DNA from: Deinococcus radiodurans R1 = ATCC 13939 = DSM 20539
GTDB lineage: Bacteria; Deinococcota; Deinococci; Deinococcales; Deinococcaceae
Direction of reading: 5' to 3'
DNA: 32,000 nt
Assembly: GCF_000008565.1 (NCBI RefSeq)
Contig: NC_001263.1
Coordinates: 795,776 to 827,775 of the forward strand
The position numbers and the translations under genes are program-made. Shown in pieces: positions 11,239 through 20,822 of this stretch; the stretch's first letter is position 1; each line of letters begins with the position of its first letter. The notes under the pieces were generated by a model. The model did not search any database and was not told the DNA's origin. It worked only from the letters and a program-made list of their open reading frames with translations.

Positions 11239-12633
11239 TTAAGAGGTCACGGCCCCCACCTGCCGCTGCTCCTCGGCCAGCCGCGCCCAGTCAATCCGGC
11301 GACGGCGCCGCTCGAAAATCAGCACTTTGGCGAGTTCGTCGGCCACGCGGGCGAGCAAGACGCCCCAGACGCCCAGCGGCGTGTACAACCCCAGCCCAAT
11401 AGCGAGCGGCAGCCCGACCAAGAAGGCGCCCACCACGTCGCCGGTAATCACGCCTTTGCCGTCGCCCACGCTCGGCAGGGCGCCGCCGCCCAGAATCATG
11501 TTGCGGACCTTGATGACCTGCGCCGCAGCGTTGATGAGGATGCCGAGCAGCGCGATGTGCTGCACTTCGGCGCCCACCTTCGGAAAGACCAGTGGGACCA
11601 GCAGGCCGCTGAGCGCGAACAGCAGCCCAAACGCGAGGCCGGTCACCAGCCCGGTGCGGCTGATGAGGGCCAGCCAGCGCTGCGCCCCCGCGCCGTCCCC
11701 CGCGCCCAGGCTGCGGCCCAGCAGCACGGTCGTGGCGCTCATCAGCCCGAAGCTGCCCACGATGAAGATGCCCTCCAGTGTGGTCACGATGCCCGCCGCC
11801 GCCAGGGCCACCGTGCCCACCCGCGCAAACACGGCGTTGTACATGAACCCGCCCAGGCCCCAGACAAATTCGGTGAAGGCGAGCGGCGCACTGAGGGCCA
11901 GCAGCGGCCCGACAATCTCGCGCCAGCTGCTGCGTCCCGGCAGCGTGAAGGCCGCCAACTGGCGCGGCCCGTACACCTGAAAGGCGAGGTAGAGCGCCTT
12001 GAAGGTGTTCGCCGCTGCCACCGCCCACGCCGCGCCGACCAGCCCCAGGCGCGGCAGCCCCAGCTGACCGAACACCAGCCCGGCGGCGAGCAGCGCTTCG
12101 AGCGCCACGCTGAGCAGGGTGGCGACCAGCGGCGTGCGGGCGCGGCCCAGCGACCTCAGCGCCCCGCTCAGCACGCCACCGATCAGCCCCGGCACCAGCG
12201 ACAGCATCACGATTTGCAGGTACGGCGCGGCGGCCCCGGTCACGTCGGGAGCGCCCCCGGCCAGCCGCAGCAGCGACGGCGCCCCCAACGTGGTCGGCAC
12301 CGTCAGCGCAGCCCCCAGCAGCGTCCCGAGCAGCAGGGTCGCGCTGAGGGTGTGGTTCACCCCCGCCCGGTCCCCGGCCCCGAAGCGCCGCGCAATCAGG
12401 ATGCTGGTGCCCGCCCCCAGCGCCCCCAGAGTGACGAAAAACAGAAAGCTGAGGCTCCCCGCCAGCCCGACCGCTGCCACCGCCACGGCGCCGAGGGTCC
12501 CCACGATGACCTGATTGATGAAGGTCAGCACGAGTTGAATGACCATTTCCAGGCTGACCGGCACGGCAATGGCGGCAATCTCGCGCCCCGGTGACTGGAA
12601 CGATGCAGCAGGAGCGGCAGCAGGCGCAGACAT
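11239..12633 (-). CDS. MATE-family multidrug/toxin efflux transporter
   Basis: It is a 464-aa polytopic membrane protein with a typical MATE N-terminus ([29 protein letters not shown]) and a two-fold internal repeat. Confidence 0.85.
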   Translation of the reverse strand: MSAPAAAPAASFQSPGREIAAIAVPVSLEMVIQLVLTFINQVIVGTLGAVAVAAVGLAGSLSFLFFVTLGALGAGTSILIARRFGAGDRAGVNHTLSATLLLGTLLGAALTVPTTLGAPSLLRLAGGAPDVTGAAAPYLQIVMLSLVPGLIGGVLSGALRSLGRARTPLVATLLSVALEALLAAGLVFGQLGLPRLGLVGAAWAVAAANTFKALYLAFQVYGPRQLAAFTLPGRSSWREIVGPLLALSAPLAFTEFVWGLGGFMYNAVFARVGTVALAAAGIVTTLEGIFIVGSFGLMSATTVLLGRSLGAGDGAGAQRWLALISRTGLVTGLAFGLLFALSGLLVPLVFPKVGAEVQHIALLGILINAAAQVIKVRNMILGGGALPSVGDGKGVITGDVVGAFLVGLPLAIGLGLYTPLGVWGVLLARVADELAKVLIFERRRRRIDWARLAEEQRQVGAVTS

Positions 12634-12652
12634 ACCGCGCCACCCTATCCGA

Positions 12653-13201
12653 TTAAGGGGTGGTCAGGCGGCGGTAAGTGCTCTGCACGGTGCCGGTGCG
12701 GTCGAACACGCGGGTCTGAACATGCTCCCAGCGCACATCGGCCTCCAGCGGCCCGAACAGCGGGCGCCCCTGCCCGAGCAGAATTGGCAGCCGCGTGACC
12801 GTCAGTTCGTCGAGTAATTCGGCCCGGATGAAGGACTGCAAGACCTGCCCGCCGTCCACGTAGACGCCTTTCGCGCCGTCCAGCAGAGGCAAGAGGTTAG
12901 GCAGTTCGCCGCTGTGGAGCTCCAGCAATCCGTGCAGCCGCGCCGGGAGGTCAGCTTCTCCCAGCGTCCGGCTCAGCACGATGACGCGCAGGCCGGCATA
13001 CGGCCACTCGGGAAAGTCGCGCACGGTTTCAAAGGTGCCCCGACCCATCACCAGCGTGTCCACCCGCGACACGAAGGCTGCGTAGCCGTGGTCCTCGCCG
13101 GGTTCTTCCGCCAGCGCGAGCCAGTCGAGTTCGCCGCCGGGCCGAGCAATCAAGCCGTCCAGCGAGCAGGCGATGAAGGCGAGCAGGGGAGGGCGCGGCA
13201 T
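12653..13201 (-). CDS. dihydrofolate-reductase-like (RibD C-terminal domain) protein
   Basis: [28 protein letters not shown]...VMGRGTFE...[11 protein letters not shown] is typical of the RibD_C/DHFR-like family. ATG 13201 lies 6 nt after TATGCT. Confidence 0.72.
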   Translation of the reverse strand: MPRPPLLAFIACSLDGLIARPGGELDWLALAEEPGEDHGYAAFVSRVDTLVMGRGTFETVRDFPEWPYAGLRVIVLSRTLGEADLPARLHGLLELHSGELPNLLPLLDGAKGVYVDGGQVLQSFIRAELLDELTVTRLPILLGQGRPLFGPLEADVRWEHVQTRVFDRTGTVQSTYRRLTTP

Positions 13202-13207
13202 GGGCTC

Positions 13208-13213
13208 AGCATA
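13208..13213 (-). promoter_or_regulatory. -10-like box TATGCT (minus strand), 6 nt upstream of ATG 13201
   Basis: Leaderless-type spacing. It lies just downstream of the aminotransferase terminator. Confidence 0.45.
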
Positions 13214-13242
13214 AGAGGACGAGCCGGGAAAAGGGCAGGCAG

Positions 13243-13272
13243 AAAAAAGGCCGGAGCGCCCTGGCCCCGGCC
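13243..13272 (-). terminator. intrinsic terminator of the aminotransferase gene
   Basis: On the minus strand, GGCCGGGGC and GCTCCGGCC form a 9-bp stem (one G-U pair) with a 6-nt loop, followed by TTTTTT. Confidence 0.7.
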
Positions 13273-13289
13273 CTCTCTCCCAGCCCTGA

Positions 13290-14579
<1,290 letters not shown>

Positions 14580-14586
14580 GCTGCCC

Positions 14587-14592
14587 AGTGTA
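14587..14592 (-). promoter_or_regulatory. -10-like box TACACT (minus strand), 7 nt upstream of ATG 14579
   Basis: Leaderless-type spacing. Confidence 0.45.
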
Positions 14593-14669
14593 GGGGCTGC
14601 GGCGGTGGGGGCGTCCAGCTTGGCTGAGCTTTTGCTTGGGCTTGCCTGGGGACACTCAGGCTGAGACTT

Positions 14670-15307
<638 letters not shown>

Positions 15308-15310
15308 GGC

Positions 15311-15871
15311 TCAGGCCCCGGTCGGCCCGTGCTGAGGCCATTCTCTGCGGAGCAGGTCGAGCCGCACCGAGTCGTAGCGCTGTCCCCCGACCACGCGCGC
15401 CTCGCGCACCCGCGCGCATTCCTGAAAGCCCAGGCGCCGGGCGGCCCGCATCATCCGCTCGTTGCCGCTCCAGGTAGTCACGGTCAGGGTGTGGGCGTCG
15501 GTCCAGTCGAGCGTGTCCTGCACCCACAGCGAGAGCGCTCGCGTGCCCACGCCGCCCTCCCAATACGCTGGGTCGTAAATCAGGATGCCGAGGTCCCACC
15601 AGCCGCCGCCCGCGGGTTCCTCTTCCGAGCGGTTGACCATGCCGACCACCTGACCGCCGACCTCGATCACGCGCTCGTCGGCGTCGGGGGGCGTGACCTG
15701 GAGGTAGCGGATATACGCCTGCATCGTCTCGCTCGTCTGCGCGGCGGGCGTGTAGGGCGCGTCCCACTCGCGCCACGCCGCTCGCTCGTCGGTCAGCCAG
15801 CGTGTGAAAGTGGGCAGGTCCTCGGGGCGGCGGTCTCGCAGGACAACGGGTTGAGAAGAGAGGTCCGGCAC
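15311..15871 (-). CDS. GNAT acetyltransferase (RimJ/RimL-like)
   Basis: The core reads WWDLGILIYDPAYWEGGVGTRAL...TTWSGNERMMRAARRLGFQECAR. The start is placed at GTG 15871, 7 nt after TATACT, and aligns with the start of the paralog at 17034. Confidence 0.75.
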   Translation of the reverse strand: MPDLSSQPVVLRDRRPEDLPTFTRWLTDERAAWREWDAPYTPAAQTSETMQAYIRYLQVTPPDADERVIEVGGQVVGMVNRSEEEPAGGGWWDLGILIYDPAYWEGGVGTRALSLWVQDTLDWTDAHTLTVTTWSGNERMMRAARRLGFQECARVREARVVGGQRYDSVRLDLLRREWPQHGPTGA

Positions 15872-15878
15872 GGCGGGG

Positions 15879-15884
15879 AGTATA
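15879..15884 (-). promoter_or_regulatory. -10-like box TATACT (minus strand), 7 nt upstream of GTG 15871
   Basis: It lies in the 55-nt gap between two GNAT genes. Confidence 0.4.
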
Positions 15885-15926
15885 GGGGGGTTTGGGCTGC
15901 GGCAATGGGTGCCGACGTCCGAGGCT

Positions 15927-16496
15927 TTACCCTCGCCGCTCCATCCGGGTGTAGCCGTGCCCTGCCAGTTCGCGCCGTCCGGCAGGCACAAATCCGCTGC
16001 GTTCGTACAGCCGCCGCGCCGGGTTGCCGTCTTCCACCAGCAGGGTCAGCGGCACGCCCAGCGTCTGAGCCCGCTGCGCGCAGGCGTCGATGAGGGCGGC
16101 GCCGATGCCCTGCCCCCGCGCGGCGGCGGTGGTCGCCAGGGTGTCGAGGTACAACTCGTCGCCTTCGGTTTCGCGGGTGATGTCAGGTGAGAGCTGCTGG
16201 CGGCGGCGGTGCTCGCGCAGCGGGGCGTCGAGGTCGTCGGCTTCCTCGCCGAGGTAGGTCAGCGCGAGGCCCACCGGCTGAGCACCGAGTTCGGCAATCA
16301 GGACGTTGGCATAGCTCAGGCGGTTGCCGGGCTGCACGAAGAACTCGGCGATGACGGGCGCGGCGGCCTCGTCGCTCTGCGTGGCGGTCAGGTGGTGGCC
16401 CACGGCGCCGATGGCTTCCTGAATCAGCGGGGCGACAAAGGCGGCGTCAGCGGGCTGTGCGGGGCGGATGTTCAGTGGGGGTCGGGACGTGTTCAT
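15927..16496 (-). CDS. GNAT acetyltransferase
   Basis: IRPAQPADAAFVAPLI... is followed by acetyl-CoA motif A (ARGQGIGAALIDACAQRA) and ERSGF. The start is ATG 16496 or ATG 16505. Confidence 0.8.
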   Translation of the reverse strand: MNTSRPPLNIRPAQPADAAFVAPLIQEAIGAVGHHLTATQSDEAAAPVIAEFFVQPGNRLSYANVLIAELGAQPVGLALTYLGEEADDLDAPLREHRRRQQLSPDITRETEGDELYLDTLATTAAARGQGIGAALIDACAQRAQTLGVPLTLLVEDGNPARRLYERSGFVPAGRRELAGHGYTRMERRG

Positions 16497-17034
16497 GCCG
16501 GCCATTCTCCCACTCGCGGCGCAAGATGCCCAGTTTCACGCTGTCCCAGCGCTGGCCCTGCCACAGCCGCGCTTCGGGAATCCGGGCGCACTCGCGGTAG
16601 CCGGCGCGCTGGGCCGCGCGAACCATCCGTTCGTTGCCGCTCCAGGTGGTCAGGGTGATGAGGTGGGCGTCCGTTTCGGCGAAGGTGGCGTCTGTCCACA
16701 GGCGCAGGGCTTGCCTGCCGAAGCCGCCACCCCAGTGGGCCGGGTCGTAGATCAGGACACCGATTTCCCACCAGCCACTGTCGCGCGGTTTTTCCTGAAA
16801 ACGCGAAATCTCGCCGATGCAGCGGTCATCCAGGGCAATGATTCGGAGGCCTTCCGACCCCTGCTCGTTCATTTTGGCGCAGTACTCGGCCAGACCGAGC
16901 GTGGACGGCTGGGAGGGCTCATGAAAATAGGGGGCGTCCCAGAGCTTCCATGCTGGGCGGGGCTGTTCATGCTCCCAGTGCCACTGAATTGGTAAGTCTT
17001 CGGGGCGGCGTTCGCGCAAGGTCAGTTCGGGCAT
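16447..17034 (-). CDS. GNAT acetyltransferase (RimJ/RimL-like), paralog of 15311-15871
   Basis: The core reads WWEIGVLIYDPAHWGGGFGRQAL...TTWSGNERMVRAAQRAGYRECAR. ATG 17034 lies 7 nt after TAGCCT (17042-17047, minus strand). The 3' end overlaps the next GNAT gene by about 50 nt. Confidence 0.75.
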   Translation of the reverse strand: MPELTLRERRPEDLPIQWHWEHEQPRPAWKLWDAPYFHEPSQPSTLGLAEYCAKMNEQGSEGLRIIALDDRCIGEISRFQEKPRDSGWWEIGVLIYDPAHWGGGFGRQALRLWTDATFAETDAHLITLTTWSGNERMVRAAQRAGYRECARIPEARLWQGQRWDSVKLGILRREWENGRHEHVPTPTEHPPRTAR

Positions 17035-17149
17035 CATGGTCAGGCTAGCTGGGAGGACAGCGCGGCACATCGGCCACTTGGCGGACGCTCCCGATTTCTC
17101 CCTCAAGGTCACCTCAACCGCTTCCAACCCCCGCCGCGCCGGGTGCCCG

Positions 17150-17155
17150 TACCGT
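17150..17155 (+). promoter_or_regulatory. -10-like box TACCGT, 6 nt upstream of ATG 17162
   Basis: Leaderless-type spacing, in the divergent intergenic region. Confidence 0.4.
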
Positions 17156-17161
17156 GAAGCC

Positions 17162-18274
17162 ATGCCCCTGAAACCCGAGATTCCCAAGCCCGAAGCCGAG
17201 CAAAAGCGCGTCGGGTTCGCCATCGTCGGCATCGGCAAGCTCAGCGCCGAGGAACTGATTCCGGCGGCCCGGACCAGCCAGCACGCCTACATCGCTGCAC
17301 TCGTCACGAGCGAGGAGGACAAAGGCGAAGCGTTCGCGCGGGCCTTCGACCTCACGCCCGACGACGTGTACAGCTACGACGACTTTGAAAAGCTCGCCGG
17401 GCGCGACGACGTGGAAGCCGTCTACATCGTGCTGCCCAACTCTTTGCACCGCGAGTACGTGGAGCGGGCCGCGAAGATGGGCAAACATGTGCTGTGCGAA
17501 AAGCCGCTGAGCGTCAACGAGCAGGACGCGCAGGCGATGGTGGACGCCTGCCGGGCGGCGAACGTGCTGCTGATGACCGCTTACCGCTGCCAGTACACCC
17601 CCGAACACTGGGCGGCCCGCGACGCCGTGCAGGGCGGCAAACTCGGCAAAGTCAAGCTGCTCGACTCCATCCACGTGCAGTCCGAGGACGACCCCAGCGT
17701 GTGGCGGCTCAAACTTGACCTCGCCGGGGGCGGCCCGCTGCCCGACGTGGGCCTCTACAGCGTCAACATCATCCGCTTCGTGCTGGGCCAGGAGCCGGAG
17801 TGGGTCTTCGCCGCGCTGCACCAGCCAGAGGGCGACCCGCGCTTTGGGGAAGTCGAGGAATCGGTCAGCGCCATGCTGGGCTTTCCCGGCGGCGTCATCG
17901 CCAACGTGCTCACCAGCTACGGCGCCCTGAAAACCACCACCCTGCGCGTGATGGGTGAGGAAGGCAGCCTGCTGATGGACCCGGCGTTTCCCTACGACGG
18001 CCTGGGGCTGGAAATCACCACCGACGACGGCACCTTTTCCCCCAGTTTCCCCGAGTACGACCAGTTCTCCCGCGAGTTCGACCACTTCGCGCAGTGCGTT
18101 CGCGGCGGGCAGACGCCGTGGACGCCCGGCGAGGAAGGTGTGGCCGACCACCGCGTGATGGACGCTATCTACGAGAGCGCGCGCACCGGCAAACGGGTGG
18201 AGCTGCGGCCCGTGGAGAAGAAAGACGCCTCACGCGGCCCGCAGAAGCCGGAGCTGCCCGGCGAAGGCCAGTAA
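17162..18274 (+). CDS. Gfo/Idh/MocA-family NAD(P)-dependent oxidoreductase
   Basis: A Rossmann N-terminus (VGFAIVGIGKLS) and the family EKP motif (HVLCEKPLS) are present. It is 370 aa from ATG 17162. Confidence 0.85.
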   Translation: MPLKPEIPKPEAEQKRVGFAIVGIGKLSAEELIPAARTSQHAYIAALVTSEEDKGEAFARAFDLTPDDVYSYDDFEKLAGRDDVEAVYIVLPNSLHREYVERAAKMGKHVLCEKPLSVNEQDAQAMVDACRAANVLLMTAYRCQYTPEHWAARDAVQGGKLGKVKLLDSIHVQSEDDPSVWRLKLDLAGGGPLPDVGLYSVNIIRFVLGQEPEWVFAALHQPEGDPRFGEVEESVSAMLGFPGGVIANVLTSYGALKTTTLRVMGEEGSLLMDPAFPYDGLGLEITTDDGTFSPSFPEYDQFSREFDHFAQCVRGGQTPWTPGEEGVADHRVMDAIYESARTGKRVELRPVEKKDASRGPQKPELPGEGQ

Positions 18275-18290
18275 AACTTTCCGGGAAAAG

Positions 18291-18319
18291 GCCCTCTTGC
18301 CGCTGGCGGGGGGCTTTTT
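18291..18319 (+). terminator. intrinsic terminator (first of a tandem set)
   Basis: GCCCTC (18291-18296) pairs with GGGGGC (18309-18314). An inner GCC/GGC pair is present, followed by TTTTT. Confidence 0.55.
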
Positions 18320-18342
18320 CTCTGGTTGACAGGCCATAAAAA

Positions 18343-18373
18343 AGCCTCAGCACACTGGCTGAGGCTCTTTTTC
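18343..18373. terminator. bidirectional intrinsic terminator
   Basis: A perfect 9-bp stem pairs AGCCTCAGC (18343-18351) with GCTGAGGCT (18358-18366). A6 lies upstream and CTTTTT downstream. Confidence 0.7.
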
Positions 18374-18384
18374 GTTGTGGGGTG

Positions 18385-18455
18385 ATACGTGTTGCATCCA
18401 ATTCCCTAAAACCCGGAAAAGCGCCGGATTTTAGTCCATTTCCCGCAACACGTAT
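18385..18455. repeat. 71-nt hairpin repeat (small-noncoding-repeat-like), copy A
   Basis: The terminal arms ATACGTGTTGC (18385-18395) and GCAACACGTAT (18445-18455) pair perfectly. The core CCGGAAAAGCGCCGGATTTTAGTCCATTT is shared with 28112-28178. It is followed by T6. Confidence 0.65.
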
Positions 18456-18533
18456 TTTTTGCCACATCGCTCCGCTCGGGTTTCATCGCTAAGTTTTAGC
18501 GATTCAACCGCAATTTGTATGACAGGTTAGCGC

Positions 18534-18716
18534 TTACTGCTTGCGCTCGTTGCCGCCGAGGTTGTCTTCCAGCTCGCTGAGCTTATCGGCCTTTTCCTTG
18601 TCGCTCATGTCCTTGTCCATGCCATTGGCGTCCACGTTGCCGGTGGCGCCCTGCATGCCTTCCTCAATCACTTCTTGCTGGTCGGTGTTGCCGATGTTGT
18701 CGTCTGCCTTGGTCAT
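18534..18716 (-). CDS. small acidic hydrophilic protein (60 aa)
   Basis: The sequence is MTKADDNIGNTDQQEVIEEGMQGATGNVDANGMDKDMSDKEKADKLSELEDNLGGNERKQ. Codon third positions are genome-typical. ATG 18716 is used because the track's start at 18740 is a TTG. Confidence 0.55.
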   Translation of the reverse strand: MTKADDNIGNTDQQEVIEEGMQGATGNVDANGMDKDMSDKEKADKLSELEDNLGGNERKQ

Positions 18717-18765
18717 GCGGTCAGTCTGGACCGGGTGCAAGTTCCGTGGGTGGGAGCCGCGTGTA

Positions 18766-19998
18766 TCAAATCTTCAGCCCCGCAGCGGCGGCCAGTGCCC
18801 GGCCACTCGCGGCGGGCTGCGCGAGGGCGGCACGGGCGAGCGGCAGGCGTACCCGGCCCCCCGTCTGCGCGAACACCCGCAGCATGGTCCGCGCCAGGGT
18901 GCCCGCGTCGGTGTCGGGGTGCAGGAAACGCGCCCACTGCTCGCGCGGCAGGCCGAAGAAGGTGCCGAAAAAATGCGGCAGCTCGGCCCGTTCCAGCCCC
19001 AGCAGCGCCCCCACGCCGAGCAGATGCACCTCGCGGGCGGCGCGTCGCTCCGGGGACCACAGGGCGGCCCAGCCAGCGGCGGCGGCGTCTTTACCCTGGC
19101 AAAGGGCTGTGGCAATGGCGGTGGCCACTCCCGGCGCGTCACTGAGTGCCCCGGCCACCTGAAAACCGCTCACCGGATGGACCCGGCCCGCCGCCGCGCC
19201 GTAAGCGAGCACGCCGCCAGGCGCGGGGGCCTGGGCATTCATGGGAAAGGCCACCCATTCCTCGCTCTCGGTGGCGTGGGGCGGTGTGCCCTGGGCGCTC
19301 AGCCGGGCGAGCAGCCGCCGCCGCAACTCGGCGCGGGTCGGAGCAGGCCGGGCAATCAGGCTCGTTTCCTCCACGAAATAGCGGTCCCCGCCGAGGTGCA
19401 TGGCGTAGAGAAAGGTCGCCTCGCCCCGCTTCAGCTCCGGCGCGGGCGTGCGGTAGTCCATCCACACCATGCTGCCGGGTGTGACCGGCGGGCGGCGAAA
19501 GCGGGCCACCACCCCGTAGGCCGTCTGCAACGCCGCGCCACCGGGAAACCGGACCGGAGACACGAGCGCCCCATGCCCACTGGCGTCCACGACCAGCCGG
19601 GTCTGCCAACGCTCGCCGCCCGCGCCGTACACGGTCCAGCCTGCGCCGCTGCGCTCGGCGTGCAGGGCGGCTCCTTCCACCCAGGTCCAGTCGGCAAGCC
19701 CGCGCAGGGTCCGCAGCAACGCGGCGTTGTCGAGCAGCGCATAAGGCTGCCCCAGCGATGTGGGCTGGGGACCGGTGTACGCGCGCACGTCGGTCCAGAC
19801 CTGCTCCGCGCAGCCTCGCGCCCAGGTGGGCAGGTCGCCGAGCCAGGCCCCGTAGGTGGCGGGAAAAGGCCGGGGTGGATGCGGTGCGAGCTGCTGCACG
19901 TCCAGTCCCCGCGCGGCGAGTTCGGCGCTCAGGGCGGTGCCGCTCGGGCCGCCGCCGATGACCAGCACGTCGGAACTCGCGGGGGAAAAAGGCGCCAT
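18766..19998 (-). CDS. crtL: lycopene cyclase (CrtL-type, FAD-binding)
   Basis: The N-terminal dinucleotide fold is DVLVIGGGPSGTALSAELAARGL. The lycopene-cyclase signature FLYAMHLGGDRYFVEETSLIARP compares with the FLYAMP....FLEETSLVARP motif of CrtL/LCYB enzymes. Confidence 0.82.
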   Translation of the reverse strand: MAPFSPASSDVLVIGGGPSGTALSAELAARGLDVQQLAPHPPRPFPATYGAWLGDLPTWARGCAEQVWTDVRAYTGPQPTSLGQPYALLDNAALLRTLRGLADWTWVEGAALHAERSGAGWTVYGAGGERWQTRLVVDASGHGALVSPVRFPGGAALQTAYGVVARFRRPPVTPGSMVWMDYRTPAPELKRGEATFLYAMHLGGDRYFVEETSLIARPAPTRAELRRRLLARLSAQGTPPHATESEEWVAFPMNAQAPAPGGVLAYGAAAGRVHPVSGFQVAGALSDAPGVATAIATALCQGKDAAAAGWAALWSPERRAAREVHLLGVGALLGLERAELPHFFGTFFGLPREQWARFLHPDTDAGTLARTMLRVFAQTGGRVRLPLARAALAQPAASGRALAAAAGLKI

Positions 19999-20005
19999 GT
20001 GTCTC

Positions 20006-20011
20006 AGGCTA
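20006..20011 (-). promoter_or_regulatory. -10-like box TAGCCT (minus strand), 7 nt upstream of ATG 19998
   Basis: Leaderless-type spacing. It implies the cyclase can have its own promoter. Confidence 0.4.
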
Positions 20012-20083
20012 AAGCGGGCGCGGGTCAGGGGGCCGCACGCCAGGCGACAAACCGGGTGGGAAAGTGGAGGAGCAGAACGCCCC

Positions 20084-20822
20084 TCAACGCAACCGGAACT
20101 TGAACAGCAGCGGCGTGCTCGGCTGGCTGCTGCCGCCGGGCGGCTCCACGCTGACGGCGAGCACGGCTTGCAGTGGCATCGGGTGGGTCATCACGTCGCT
20201 GGCGAACAGCCCCAGCGAGCGCGGCAGCGAAGCGTTGGCCGGGCCGGGCAGCAGCCGCCACAACTGGTAGATGCGCCCCGCTTCTAGGGGCCGGTCCATG
20301 CGGACATACACCCGGCCATCGTCCAGACGCACCAGCCGGGCCACCGCGCCGCCCGGCCCGTACACAGCCTCCAGCTGGGCATTCGGCACCGCCGCGTACG
20401 GGAGGCGGCGTCGCCTGCCGGGCGCAGTGCAAAGCCCAGAACCAGCGCGAGGCCGAGCGCCAGCAGCGCAGGCAGCGCCCACGACGGGCCGGGAAAGCGG
20501 CCCCCGGCGGGGCGGGTACGGGCAGGCGCCGCTGGGGCAGGAGTCAGGGCGGGCGGCGCGGCAGGGCGACCCACAGGAGCTACCGGCTGCTGCTTGGCGG
20601 TTTCGGCCCGCACCCGTTCGAGCAGCCGCAGTCGGCGCCTGGGGGCACAGTCTGCGCCTGCACGTCGAGGTCGGCGAGCAGCGAGGTCAGGGCGTCGAGG
20701 TCGCGCCGCAGGGCCGTTCGCAGCGCGGGGTCGTGGTCGAGGGCCTGCCCCACCCGCTGCTGGTCTTCGCTGCTCAGTTGCCCCAGCGCCAGCGCCAGCA
20801 GCTCCTGCCGCGTAACGCTCAT
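20084..20822 (-). pseudogene. RskA-like anti-sigma factor, spread over three reading frames (two frameshifts, or sequence errors)
   Basis: Frame 1 (20822 to ~20645) encodes the N-terminal sigma-binding helices MSVTRQELLALALGQLSSEDQQRV.... Frame 2 encodes LLERVRAE...WALPALLALGLALVLGFAL, a TM helix at about 20431-20500. Frame 3 (ORF 20084-20482) encodes the RskA C-terminal domain ...RIYQLWRLLPGPANASLPRSLGLF.... Confidence 0.65.
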
